DNA of 64,000 nt, from assembly GCF_009914755.1 (NCBI RefSeq), contig NC_060937.1; one strand, 5' to 3'. This stretch comes from the human T2T-CHM13v2.0 reference genome, Homo sapiens. Below the pieces are notes generated by a model. That model saw only the letters and a program-made list of their open reading frames with translations, had not been told where the DNA came from and made no database searches. A program made the position numbers and the translations under genes. Positions 33,997 to 47,467 of this stretch are shown piece after piece. The stretch's first letter is position 1. The number at the start of each line of letters is the position of its first letter.

Positions 33997-34718
33997 TTAT
34001 ATTCTTGACTGACACCAAACGAAAGCAGGGTATTTTTTTGACATCTACATTGTATGTTTTGTATGAGAACACTGTACTACCAACTTACTTTGAGATTTTT
34101 TCCTTTTCTTATTAAATAAGTTCTTGAATTTGTACTGATTTATTTATACTCCCCTATCATGTCACTTCTTTAGCAGTATACATTTCAATGTGACTAGTCA
34201 AAGGTGGGGCTGAAGTCATTGGGGATGTGACAAATTGAAACTGCCTACAAAATAGAACTTTCAGTTAAATTTTTAGGTTTTCGGTTTCAAATTTTATTTA
34301 TGGTTATGAAAATTTTGAATTGGTTATATTTTGAGTTTCCATATTATTTTTAACATTAGACATACTTTTTATATTTAAAAGGTTTTGCCTTTCAACAAAA
34401 AACAATCAGATTTGGCAAAATAAATATTTTTAGCCAAATTTGTTGAGTCAGTCATATGTCTTAGAATCTAGTACTGTATTTTTCAAGCAAAGTAATAATA
34501 TAATGAGTTAATATACTTGGATACAACAAAATCCTGTGGAGATGAATGCTTAGTTTTTGGTAATATGATATCTCAATTATAAATTGCTTTATTTTATAAT
34601 TTAATTTTAAATATAGCTAGCTCCTACAGTTCTATAATTTTTCACTTGTTATTCTAATTGTCTAAGCTTTTCATTTAAGTAAGCCAAAACATACTCATTT
34701 CTGTTTTCTGTATTTTAG

Positions 34719-34872
34719 CCATTCTACAAAGTCTGTAATGGATTTTGTCAATAGCAATGAAAATATTATTTTTGTACATAACACAATTCACCTCATTTCC
34801 CAAATGGTAGACAACATCATCATTGCTTGTGGAGGAATTTTACCTTTGCTCTCTGCTGCTACATCACCAACT
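34719..34872 (+). CDS. NBEA: NBEA coding exon, 154 nt ([51 protein letters not shown])
   Basis: Acceptor ctgtattttAG, donor ACT|gtaagt; phase 2 to 0; not in the ORF track, read manually. Confidence 0.95.
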
Positions 34873-36029
34873 GTAAGTACTTTGCCTCCATCTAGTGGTT
34901 ATATTTTATAAATACATGACTTTAGCATTTCAGTGGTGGTCTAGGCTATAAACACATTTTAACCAGACCTGTACTTTTTAGGCAAATTTTTAACCATTTA
35001 AATTTCTATTTCCACCACTTTTGTTTATCAGTGTTGGGTTCCAGCTGTGTGTGCTTATGAAAATGTTTCTCTGGTAATTCTGATGAATACTTCATCAGAA
35101 GAGTATTGCATTCTTCATCAAAGATATTGTATATCTCTTCAAATCTGTAGTATAAATAAACTCTTAAAATCCTTGTTATTTAACATTTTCATTTATTTAC
35201 TGATTCAACATTTATTTTACAAAATCTAGCCTTGTCTTGATTTGTTTCTATATAAAACATTGAAATGTGTTAATATAATACATTTTAAAGGCATTTAATG
35301 TTAATTGTGTATGTCATTTAAAATAAAATAGGTCAATGTTAACTTTGTATTTTAGTTGTCATTAAAAACAAATTCTTTGATTCAGACCAAGGCAGACTCC
35401 ATAGCTACTTGCTCAGATGGGAAAGAATATAGAATTTTGCTTCCCATATTACCCACGTTCTTGTTGCCGTATTAGAAACTCATCCTTAAGCTCAGAAAGC
35501 ATACCTTTGCCAGAGGGAAATATTTCATTTTACTAAGATGTGCTTTAGTTGGTGAGACACTGTTTCCAAGTTGATCTCTAAGTGTATTTCATCATTAACA
35601 AGCTTTTTCTACATGACTCTTTTTCTTACTGTTCTTTTGTTAATGCCACCACCATCACCAGAGCAGCCTTGAAACTTCAACATTAGCAGCCATAGGCTAT
35701 ATCCTCACACACTTTCCCCAGGCCTTACTCTTCTGTTTTATTCATGAATTTGCTCAAGAAGTCCACAAAGGGAAGCATTCCAGTTCAGAAGGAGGAATGC
35801 AACAGAGCAAGTCACCAGTAGGGCCTTAATCAAATTAGCAGCTGAACCAAGGAAATGGAGCTAAGAAGAACAGTATAAATTGTTGATGGTGTGTGAAGAG
35901 TGCAAGTATACATACACCACTCCTTTTCTTTAATCTCTCTTTTCCTCTGGTGATTTATACCAAATTCTGGTAAATTGAGAGTTGTGTATGATTTTTAAAA
36001 TGCTTTCTAATAGTGAGACATAGAGGGCA

Positions 36030-36347
36030 TTTTTTTCTTCTCTTTTCTTTTCTTTTTTTTTTTTTTTGACAGAGTATCATTCTGTGACCCAGGCTGGAGC
36101 AGAGTAGGGCGATCTCAGCTCACTGCAACCTCCGCCTCCTGGGTTCAAGCAATTCCTCTGCCTCAGCCTCCCAAGTAGCTGGGATTATAGGTGTGCACCA
36201 CCACACCCAGCTAATTTTTGTATTTTTAGTAGTTATGGGGTTTCACTATGTTGGCCAGGCTGGTTTCAAACTCCTGACCTCAAATGATCTGCCTGTCTCA
36301 ACCTCCCAAAGTGCAGGGATTACAGGCATGAGCCACTGCTCCCGGCC
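36030..36347 (-). mobile_element. Alu (AluS)
   Basis: T-rich tail followed by antisense Alu. Confidence 0.95.
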
Positions 36348-37472
36348 AACGTGTTTTTTGTTTTATATATTGAAGACTGAATAAATCAATATTTTCTTTG
36401 TGACATTTTTCTTGATCATATAAATTGCATTTTGTTTTATAAATTATCATTTGTTATGAAGAAATTTTTAAAAGGTTGTATTGAAATTCACTTTGAAATG
36501 TAATATTGAATGTTTTTAAATTTTGCATGGAACATAAAATGCTTCTTATGTAAAAAAAACAGTTTAGCAATAAGTTATTTCAATTTGTATAGGTTTAAAA
36601 TATTCACATTACTAAATAGTTTTCCAAATTTTAAAGGCAAAAGATCTTTAACTATTAAGATAGAATATTAAAGTAATGAAGTAAACTATAACATACATAC
36701 TATTGCACCAGTCAAATTTGCTTATTTGTTTTATGATGATTGTACAGTAAAGATACTGACGCTTTGAGGTTGGCTTCCAAAATTATTACGATTCAATTTT
36801 GACCACTGTAGTTTGGAATTTAAAATTATTTATTACCTAGACTATCTCAACAGACTTGGGAATTCATTCAATTATAGAAACCTTTGTTTATTTTCTCAAT
36901 TTCTATATTTCTGTTATTTTGGCCCATTAACTGTTTGGACCTATGCCTGGTTGTACAACATAGCTGATTTTATGTTTTTAGAATGAATTGCTTCCTTAAG
37001 AGAAATAGCCGAACCTTTCTCCCATTTTGTATCTGGTAGAACTATGATTGGTGCTGACTGCTGAATGTTGTTTTTCTATTATGAATGTTGTTTTTGTATT
37101 ACTGGGTTGTATAATATTCTTGCTAGAAGTTGTAACATAGCAGAGGGAAAAAGTTGGGAAAGAGGAGGTTGAATAATGAGGGAAATTAAACCGAATATTT
37201 GGGCTTTTTATATTTAAATTTAAAGTGTAAAAAGCCAAAAGAGAATTTTGGAAGGGATAAGTGAAAAAAGGAAACATTGGCAACGTGAAGATTACTGAAA
37301 GGAAACATTGTCTTGTAGGTGCTTTTAGAATTTTAATCCTAGATATATGAAGAGAGATGGAAACATTTGAAACTAAGGTTTGAGTGAGCTGGTAATTTTG
37401 TTTATATATATATAGTTTTTCAGAATATTCTTGTGTGCATTTTATGAAGAAATAGGAATAATAATGGTTTAT

Positions 37473-37610
37473 GGCAGTAGTTCACAAACTTTTGTGTATG
37501 GGGCCAGATGGGAAATAGTTTAGGTTTCATTGGCAGTATTGTTATCTGTCACAGCTAGTCAACTCTGCTGTGATAGTACAAAAGCAGCAATAGACAATAC
37601 ATAAACAAAT
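37473..37610. mobile_element. MER58A partial copy
   Basis: caaactttt..ggccagatgggaaat..caactctgctgtgatagtacaaaagcagcaatagacaatac. Confidence 0.65.
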
Positions 37611-39349
37611 ATTTTTTGTCTGCTGTTTCTGTGAGATTGACATAGAAGTGGTCTCTTTTCTGCCCTGGAAATTTAGATGAGTACAGTAATTTATACTAGA
37701 GATAACATTTTTGTATTGCTGTTATAGTATCATCATCATGGAAGAAAATTTTTGAACTGTTTAATCTTAGTTGGAAGGTACATATCTTAATGGAAACTTA
37801 AGAAAAAAAGAACATATATATATTGTTTATAATGATAGTTTGAGCACCTTGAACTTAGTACTCTTGAAGAAGCAGCACTTTATGGGAGTTTCAGTTTTGC
37901 CCAGATTACTTAAATTCATATGTAGCATAGAAAATAAATTACAAAAATAGTTTCAGATCTCCGAGTTAGACCAATAGTTTTAACTGTACTCAGGGAAAAA
38001 AAATAGACCTCTTAGTATGTAGTTTGGCCAATCTTTGCTTTGGGAAAGCAGCATTATTTTTGTTGTTGTTGATTTTTTTAGTTGATGTTTCTGTGACTAG
38101 TTAATTGAATCCTCTCATTTATTCTCTAATATATTGTTTAACTTGGTCATAAATGAAAGTGAAAAATTGGAGAAGAAAAAGAAAAGCAAAGAACATGGAT
38201 CAACCACAAATTGCACACTTTGTGATTTTAAGTTGACCACTTTAGTCAGCCATCCAGAACACTGAATATTATGGAGCTTAATTCAGGGCTTAATTTTCTC
38301 TGTCCCAGAAAAATAGTAGAGACTGACATTTCTAGCTCTCCTAATAGTTTCATAATTATAAGAAAGAAGAGCTGCTTTTTCTATTCTGTCCAAAAATAAC
38401 AAAGTCTTAATTTTAGTTTATTTTTATTATCAGAATGTATCATAAATAGATTTGGAAAAATTATGAATAATGTTGTTGGTTTTGCTGTTCTTTTGTTTAT
38501 GTCATAGGACTGATCATACTTTACTATTCTCAGGATGCTTTTATATGTTTTCCTATACAATGTACCATGAAAATAGCATATTTTAAGATTTATACTCACA
38601 TGTACTTGTCAAAAATTAGAAAGAATAGTTGATGATTTTTATTGTGAAAACTAATTCTATCTGATATTTGAATATAATGAATATAATTATTAATGTAATA
38701 AGAATCTTAAACTTAGTATAATACCTATTTAATTACCTTTATTCATATTCAGGCCTCATTTAGTATATCAAGTTATTTTCTAGCATGGAAAAGTGGTTTA
38801 TAAGTTATAATCTCTCAAATATTTTGTTATTTTATTAACTTCTCAGAATTTTCAACTATAGGAAGCTTTCTGTATATTTGAGAATACAAATTACATTATT
38901 TCCTTATAGAAAATTCTAGAGGTTGGTATAAATAGTTCATTTCCCTGAGTCATTTCTGCCTAAACCAGAATTGAGGTAGGGATTTTGCAGAGGCATTATG
39001 TTAGCTTATTTATTAAAATGTTCCATTAATTATAGGAAAAGATACTTGTTTTGTAAAATAGAGTATGCATTATTTCTAATATATGAACTATACTTATATA
39101 TATTATTTGGGCAGAGTTACTACAATAAAAATAAGTTGAAGTCTAAATATTTGATATTTAACCTTGATCATGTATAATTTATAAAATGAAAATCTCTTCT
39201 GAGAATTTTGCTTTTAATAAAATAATCAAATATAATTTTTAAATATATTATTTTGTGTTTCAATTTTACATTGTATTTTCATTTAATTTAATAATTTCCT
39301 TTTCTTGTACTTTTTGGTCTGTTGTCTGTTTTGTCTAATGCATGTCCAG

Positions 39350-39358
39350 GGTTCTAAG
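39350..39358 (+). CDS. NBEA: NBEA 9-nt microexon GGTTCTAAG (GSK)
   Basis: Long T-rich tract, ctaaTGCATGtccAG acceptor, AAG|gttagt donor; phase 0 to 0; gives ...[15 protein letters not shown]..., as I recall the neurobeachin protein. Confidence 0.85.
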
Positions 39359-41634
39359 GTTAGTATTACTTTTGTAGTAATTTTCAGCTTTCAGTTTCAA
39401 GTTTTATTTTTACTTATTTATGAAATTTTTGACTTGGTTATATTTTGAGTTTTCATATCATCTTTAACATGAGACATATCTTTTGTATATTTAAAAGAGT
39501 CATTGAAAGGATTATTTTCCCAATGCATTGATGTATTACTATTTTATTATGCACAATAATCCCTAGATTAAACTATCATATTGAACACAATGGTGTTACA
39601 GTCATATGTACAATCAGATTTTAATTGGTTCTAAGGAAAGTAAATTGGATGAAATATATTATTTTAAGATTTAATAATTGTATGAGAGTGATCTTTATTT
39701 TTTAGCCCTATCTTTTGATGCTTACATACTTCATTTTTTAAATTACTTTTATATAAAATGGAATACAAATTCTCTTTTAGACTGTTGTGTTGAAAGTGCC
39801 TTCTACTCTAAAATTTAATTTTTTCAGTCAAAAAAACACTTTGATGGATTATATGGACACCTTAATAATTCTATTTATAATTCACTCATTTTAAAATGAA
39901 AGCATAGTTTGACAGGTCAAAACACTCAAAACCATTAAATAATGAATATAGAGAGATAGCTATCTGCAATTTCAGTGATTCAAAATGATGAAGAATTTGT
40001 GAACACAGATCTAGATATTCTAAATTCTAACATTTGAAAAATTATTTATAGTATTTGATAGACCTAAGAAATGGCCAAGTTCTTCATTCCTTTATAGAAC
40101 ATTTTAAATTGAAAACAGATTTAAAATGAATTTTTTGCTCTTTCTTATGAGCTATGATGTCATGGTCATAGATTTTTAATTGATATTATGAAGTGATGCT
40201 GTATATTCATGAAGTGCTAAGAAGTAAAGAATCTGCATTTTAAAATCCAAGTAATGAATTAATCATTTCTTTATGCCATGTGTACTGAATTGGCATAATG
40301 TTGTAACAACTGAAAACACATTTCTGTCTCTTTCCAGGCTCATTTTAGAGATAATGGTTTTAACCCTATTTTGCTGTTAAATGGAAGGAGGAATGGTTGT
40401 TACATTTTATACATCATTTAAAACTGAGCTTAGTTATATAATGCTTGTAGTAGCCACCTATCCTTTTTATTACCCACTTTGTGCACAAGAAATGTTTTGA
40501 GTATTTTGAGTTCTTTTTTCAGTGTTTTCTGCTCACGTTTCCATGTTAATGCTCCTGCTTCTTCCAAGCAGGAAGAAGTTTAGGTATAATGATGGCTATA
40601 AACAGTGTCAAAATGGAACATTAAATAGGAATAGATACCTATTACATATGCTAACCTTGTAGTTGAATTTATCATTTGGTTAAGAGTTAATATTGATTGG
40701 AATGGCTAGTGTGTCCATTTTCAGAAAATTTAAATAATTTTTTTTTACTTATGAAGTATTCCCTTCCTTGGTTCCTTGAGGCACTGATAAAATGAGGCCT
40801 AGTCCTAAGGAACAAAAATAATTAAAATGCTGTATAGTCCATGGTGCAAAACAAAATAAGAAATGTTGACATTGTTTAAAAAACCATAAAGTTGTGCATT
40901 TTAAGAAACACAATGCTTTGTAATATTCCCTCTGAAATCAGAAATGTAGTGAAAGTACAGTTTTCCAATCTAGAATGCTATGATTCTTTTTATTACTAGT
41001 GTTTTATAAGTCACGAATTAAATATCTATAGATGAGTTAGCGATCTTGATTATTTTTACCCTAGAGTTTTATCGTACATGTAAAGTACCTAGTAGTTTCA
41101 GTTTATTCTAAAATGGATAAGAAATTGTTATGCATTCTAATTTGACAGCCATCTCATTTTGATACTAAGTTAAATTACCATGTATTTTCCCTATTATTCA
41201 TCATACATCTATAGGAAAGAAAAATCAAAGCATATATTTTTATTAATGGGAATGAAGATTTTAGAAAAGAAATATCAATTTAAAATCTTTATAAATTACA
41301 AAACAAAACTAGTATAAGTACATATATGTGGTTCTGTCTAAATATCTTTGTGAAATGATCTTAAGTTTAGGATGTCATTTTTATAACTAAAGACATTTAA
41401 AACTAATGTTGATTTTAAAATGGGCTTTTCCTTTATTCAAGGATAATTGATAGGTAAAGTAACCGAATTTGGTAACCAGCTCTGGTGATATATGGAATTA
41501 GTTGAACATTTATTTTATTTATAAAATATGGTAAATATACTAAATTTATGTTCACTTGTAGTATGTATGTATATGTATTATATTTCCAAATTTCCAAATT
41601 TTAAACAAGACTTAAATCTTCTACTTTTTTAAAG

Positions 41635-41815
41635 ACGGAATTGGAAAATATTGAAGTGACACAAGGCATGTCAGCTGAGACAGCAGTAACTTTCCTCAGC
41701 CGGCTGATGGCTATGGTTGATGTACTTGTGTTTGCAAGCTCTCTAAATTTTAGTGAGATTGAAGCTGAGAAAAACATGTCTTCTGGAGGTTTAATGCGAC
41801 AGTGCCTAAGATTAG
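41635..41815 (+). CDS. NBEA: NBEA coding exon, 181 nt ([60 protein letters not shown])
   Basis: Acceptor ttttttaaAG, donor TTAG|gtaagt; phase 0 to 1. Confidence 0.94.
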
Positions 41816-42989
41816 GTAAGTCTGTTAAAACAATAGTGCATGTCAAATAATTATCTACAGAGCAGCTTTATAAAGCACTATGGTACATAAAATATTAATG
41901 ATATAAGTTGATGATTATATAATATGGAGATTATCTTGAGATACAGAGATTATTTTTATAATTAATCAGAATTACTAAATTTTAAAAAATTATGCCTTCA
42001 CATTGGAGATTTCACAGAACTGATCATCTTTAATGGTTCATAGTTTGAAATCAAGAGTGAAATATACTTGGAATTCTTTCAAAATCAGTAAGACTAACAT
42101 TTGTCATTGAAGTGATTTTTAATGCAAATCCATTTATGAATCCAATTTTGGTAAACCAATACTGAGGGTAGTGTCCTGGCCTCACAAACATGTCAGATAC
42201 ACATAATGCTAGAAGGTTAAAATAAACTATCCCAATCTTACTGTTTCTTGGGGTGAACAAATGTCCCTAATAAATATTGTTATACCCATGCTGTTCACCT
42301 TTTATCTGTGTGGCAGTGAAACTTTAGCACTGAAACCTCTTAGTAAATCTGAATGAATTCTTTAGATAAGAACCATTTCTACCTCTCTTAAAAGGAACAT
42401 TTATTTACACTATTTAGACTTTCAAAACCAGAAAACTGCTGTTTTTGTACTTGCCTTAGATCATGAGCAGGACATAAGAACTGCAAGGCATGAAATAGGA
42501 AGGACGTTCCTGATATGTACTGTTTTCACCCATAACTTTTAAAGATTATGTCAAAAATTCCTTTCTGATTCAAGAAAGGAACAAAGACTTGGTTTAAGAA
42601 TGGTGGGATGAAACCTTTTTTTGTTTGTTTGTTTCGTATTATTTATTTAAAGACAGGCAAGCTGAGAGGAATCATTTTGTATTCATTATAAGAGAAAGAT
42701 TGACCACATTAAGATCTTTCTGGCAACCAAGAGGTGTGGGTTAACTGACGGTGGGCCATTAAAGACATTTCCATTGACATATAACAAGAGCTGTCAAATG
42801 AACTGTGTGAGAAAGAGATATATATATATATTTTTAAAATGGCTCAATATCTTGAAACCTGCATTTATTTGGTTATTCTGTACTTTTATTTTTAAATATA
42901 GTCCAAGACTTTACTCCCTATTTCATTTTTATCCTAATACTACTAGCACATTTAGTTGTTTAATCAACCACAGGAAACTTTTATAAGTG

Positions 42990-43250
42990 AATAATAATAA
43001 AACACTTATATTACCTCCTATGCTATTTACTGTTCTAAGCACTTTCTATATATTAATTCAGTTAATCCTCACAACAGCCCTCTAAGGCAGTTACTTTGTT
43101 CATCCTCATTTTACATATGCTAAAACTGAGGCACAGATAGTTTAAGCAGCTAGCCTAAAACCACACAGCTCCAAACTGGAAAATACAGGATTCAAACTCA
43201 GGTCACGGTCTGATTTCAAACTCTGTACTACTTGTTACAGTATTCTACTG
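42990..43250 (-). mobile_element. MIR SINE
   Basis: aatcctcacaacagccct..aaactgaggcacaga..ggattcaaactcagg core. Confidence 0.75.
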
Positions 43251-43827
43251 CTTCTTAAAATAAATGAATAAATAAAAACATGTACATATTGAATGCTTAT
43301 TGACAAAGCCCAGAGACTTTCCCACCATGAAGGAAGGTGAATTTGGGGACCTGTGAGACTTGAGTATACTGATGTACTCTATTATTGCCCGAAATGGGAA
43401 GTTGTGCTCAGTAGAGTCGACAAGATAGTCAAATTAAGGGCAGAAGCTTTATTAAATTTTTAAATCAAATATGAATTTTATGTTTAAAAATATTTTATTG
43501 ATCCATAAATTCAGAACTGTGAAACTCAGAGGGTAACAGAATAAGGAAGGATACATTGGGGGTTTCAGAGCCTCTGGTAATGTTTTATTTCTTCAGCTGG
43601 CTGGTGGTATATGGGTATTTTGTTTTATTTTTAACTATATGTATATTTTGTAGGTACTTTCACTACTGTATTTCATAATTTTGAAAATTATTGATCTAGT
43701 TGATTTTAAGATTAATAGTTTATGAAGCAAGGGGAAAGAAAGGGAAGAAGAAATAAACTTGCAACTTTTTCCAGGATATCAAAGTCAACAATTTATATTA
43801 ACAATATGTTTTTGAATTTTTAAATAG

Positions 43828-43958
43828 TTTGTTGTGTTGCTGTGAGAAACTGTTTAGAATGTCGGCAAAGACAGAGAGACAGGGGAAATAAATCTTCCCA
43901 TGGAAGCAGTAAACCTCAGGAAGTTCCTCAAAGTGTGACTGCTACAGCAGCTTCGAAG
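43828..43958 (+). CDS. NBEA: NBEA coding exon, 131 nt (VCCVAVRNCLECRQRQRDRGNKSSHGSSKPQEVPQSVTATAASK)
   Basis: Acceptor tttttaaatAG, donor AAG|gtaagt; phase 1 to 0. Confidence 0.94.
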
Positions 43959-45160
43959 GTAAGTAAACTTTTTTTCTTGGCCAAATATAATTTACCTGAA
44001 AAAAATCTTTTTTAAGTTGATGAGAACAAAGTGCCATGGTATTGCTCAGTGATAGAGAGCAAGGACATTGTCATTAGGCAGCTCTAGGCTGCTTAACAAT
44101 TTTGTTACCAAGATTACTTAACTTCTCTGAGATTTGTGTGTTTTGGTTATTAAATGAAGTTACTAACAATTTCTACTTAATAAAGTTCTTACAAATATTA
44201 TAATTAGCACTAAAAACTGTTATTTCTATTTTTAATAGTCATATATTTTCACAGAATTTAATGTATGAATAATTCTCCTTTTAAATGGGTAGGCATAATA
44301 GTCAACAAAAACTCACTGAATGCCCATTCAATGAATGGAGTATTTTGAAATATACTATTAGTTTTCTTTCTAAATTAGCTTTCTTTATCATATGCTTAAC
44401 TGGCCCTTGGCGTCACATCCAGTTTCATTAACATGCTTTTTGAGGTTCTGTGCCTGGTCCTTGCTTACTTCTCCAGCAGCAGCTCTCAGCCCTTTACCCT
44501 TGCTTGTGCTGTTTTAGTCATACCATAGACTTCATTCTGTTCATCAAAAGAAGCTATTTCCCCTAACTTCTCAGACTTTTATATGATTTCCTTTCCATAA
44601 AGTATTCATCCTTATTTTTTATCCAGCTAAAATCTATGTAACTACTAGGTTACCTTAAATGCTACATTTTCTCAGGAAAATGTTTTTTGACACCCTCGCT
44701 ACCACCCCAGTCAGTCTAGGGTTGTTCCTTCTGTTTGTTGTTTTCATAAAATTACATAGGTCTGTTATCACTCATTACACTTGTAATTACATGTTTAATA
44801 TTGATACAGTAACTTTTTGCTCAATAAGTGAAGGTATGAAATAGAAGTTTAATTCATCTTAAAAGTTCTATTGCTTTAAACTTCTGCAGATGGCAAGCAG
44901 ACTGACCACATATTTATCCTATTCGTTGGTTATTTGCAGTGTTGTAACTTTTTTCTTTTTCACTACTGTCAGAGAACATTTTTAATTTGACTATATATTA
45001 TTTACTGCTCACAGGACTCCATAGTGCTCTTATTTGGTTTGGGAAATTAAATACAAATGGATCATCAGTAATGCCTGATATCATTTGTGTAGGCATAGTA
45101 GACAGATAGGTACTTGAGGGCAGTGTCTATGTGTTATAGATCTTTGTAACTTCAGAGTAA

Positions 45161-45453
<293 letters not shown>

Positions 45454-45489
45454 ACTTCAGAGTATTTATAGCACTATGAGTACTTTGTA

Positions 45490-45720
45490 AAAAGAGGACA
45501 ACTCTAGAATCAGACAGTTCTGAGTTTGTGTTCTGGCTTTACCACTTAACTGGTTTTGCGACCTGAGAGAAATCTCTTAAATTTCTGTGCCTCCGTTTTC
45601 TAATCTTTAAAATGGATACAAATCTTAATTTACAGAGTGTTTGTATTAATTAGACAAAAAGTGATAATAGACTGACATGCTTTGATTTCTGGCATGCAGT
45701 GAACATTCAGTTATTACTGA
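45490..45720 (+). mobile_element. MIR SINE
   Basis: gaatcagac..ctggctttaccactta..tctgtgcctccgttttctaatctttaaaatgg. Confidence 0.65.
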
Positions 45721-47359
45721 TTTGTTCCCCTGTCTAGCAGTTTGACACTTAATATATTGTCGTGAAACGAATAAATAGTATTTTGAAGGTGACACCTTTG
45801 AGATGTAAGCACTTCAAAATAGTAATGTATTTAGTAATTTGTAGATATACTAAATAAAGTAGATAATAGAAAGTCCTTAAAGATTTTTATAACTAGTATT
45901 TCACTGATTGTAGAATATGGACAGAAAAGCCCAGTGGGAAGGAAATTGGTAGTAACTTACTTGAGCTAATCAGTATTTATCTGGCAAGAACTTTGGCAGT
46001 GAAAAATGGGTAAGTAGCGATGAATGTAAAAATACTAGGGGAAGATTTGACATTTCACAACAATGAATGGATCTGAGTGGTGTTTCTTTTTTTTTCCTTC
46101 CTGTGTTATGTGTTTCTTATGTGACATTTTAGGAAGTAAATCGAGTAATTTTTGAATGCAGTGGGAAAGTTTCTTGCAAGTTTCTTGCATGAATCCCATA
46201 CCTTCATGTGACCTCATTTTTATACTGTGTGAAAAGGAACAATTACACAAGCTTCTCCTATCATGTTGTCTTTATAAGGATCAAATTAGATTAGGGGTAG
46301 AGAAATATAGAAAAGAAAATATTTCTAATCTTAAAATCTATGTTATAAATTCATTTATGCTGTAAATTATGTATTATTTTCTTTAACCATCCTGTAGTAA
46401 ATATTATTAGTCTGTTATTCAGATGATGTAGCTGAAGTTCAGAGAGGTTAACTTCTCACCGATGGTCATATAGCCAGAAGTTTTGGAATTGTAATGGAAA
46501 CCAAATACTATCAACCTTTAAATACTATGCTCTTTTTACTATGGCGTGCTGCCAAGGAATCAAACATTTTAATTTTGGGCTAGAATATCATGATTGACAT
46601 TCATTGAGAAATAGAAGGTACCCTGTTTATTTTTCATTGTTAGAGTAACAACAAGTGCATACCTATTATGGGCTGGAATTGTATTTTGCATTATACATAT
46701 TATCTAATTTAATCCATACAATTTTTAACACACTGTATAAGTGAGAAAGTACTTGATTGAGTTTCAGGGACCCTAGTTCACTTAGTAGTCTACTATGTGA
46801 CTACATTACCTGAAATATGTAGATGTTTTTCCTCCAACTATAAAATGTTTTGTTGGTAACAATCTTTAATGTCTTTCAGCTTTAATGGGCTGTGACTGAT
46901 TCTTTTTAATCTTACCGTTTCTAACCTTGGATAGACCATGAAATGGTTACACATACAAAATCTCATATACTAGTGTAGTATAATAATCTCATATATTATA
47001 AAAGCATGATGGATAAATGAACCCAGAGGCTCAAAGAGATTTGTTAACTAGAGGTAGAGAAATGAGGCTCAGGAAATCTTCTGAAGTCCAAGACGAATCT
47101 TTATTCTGCTATAACTTTACCTGCCTTTATGAGTCTATAGTGGTAGCTGTGCCAATAAAGAACAAGAATGCTAGTATGGAAACCATGACATGAGTAGAGA
47201 GCAGAAAATATGCATTGTAATAGAGGATTATGATCAATAAATGTTAACTCAGAGAGGTGGAGATACATGATGTGACCAGTTTAGCCTGAATTAAGAAGTG
47301 ATACTTCTATATATTATCTGTAATATATTATCTATTCACAATTCTTTTTATTTTCAAAG

Positions 47360-47467
47360 ACTCCATTGGAAAATGTTCCAGGTAACCTTTCTCCTATTAA
47401 GGATCCGGATAGACTTCTTCAGGATGTTGATATCAATCGCCTTCGTGCTGTTGTCTTTCGGGATGTG
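47360..47467 (+). CDS. NBEA: NBEA coding exon, 108 nt ([36 protein letters not shown])
   Basis: Acceptor ttttcaaAG, donor GTG|gtaagt; phase 0 to 0; [18 protein letters not shown] is a conserved NBEA/LRBA motif. Confidence 0.95.
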
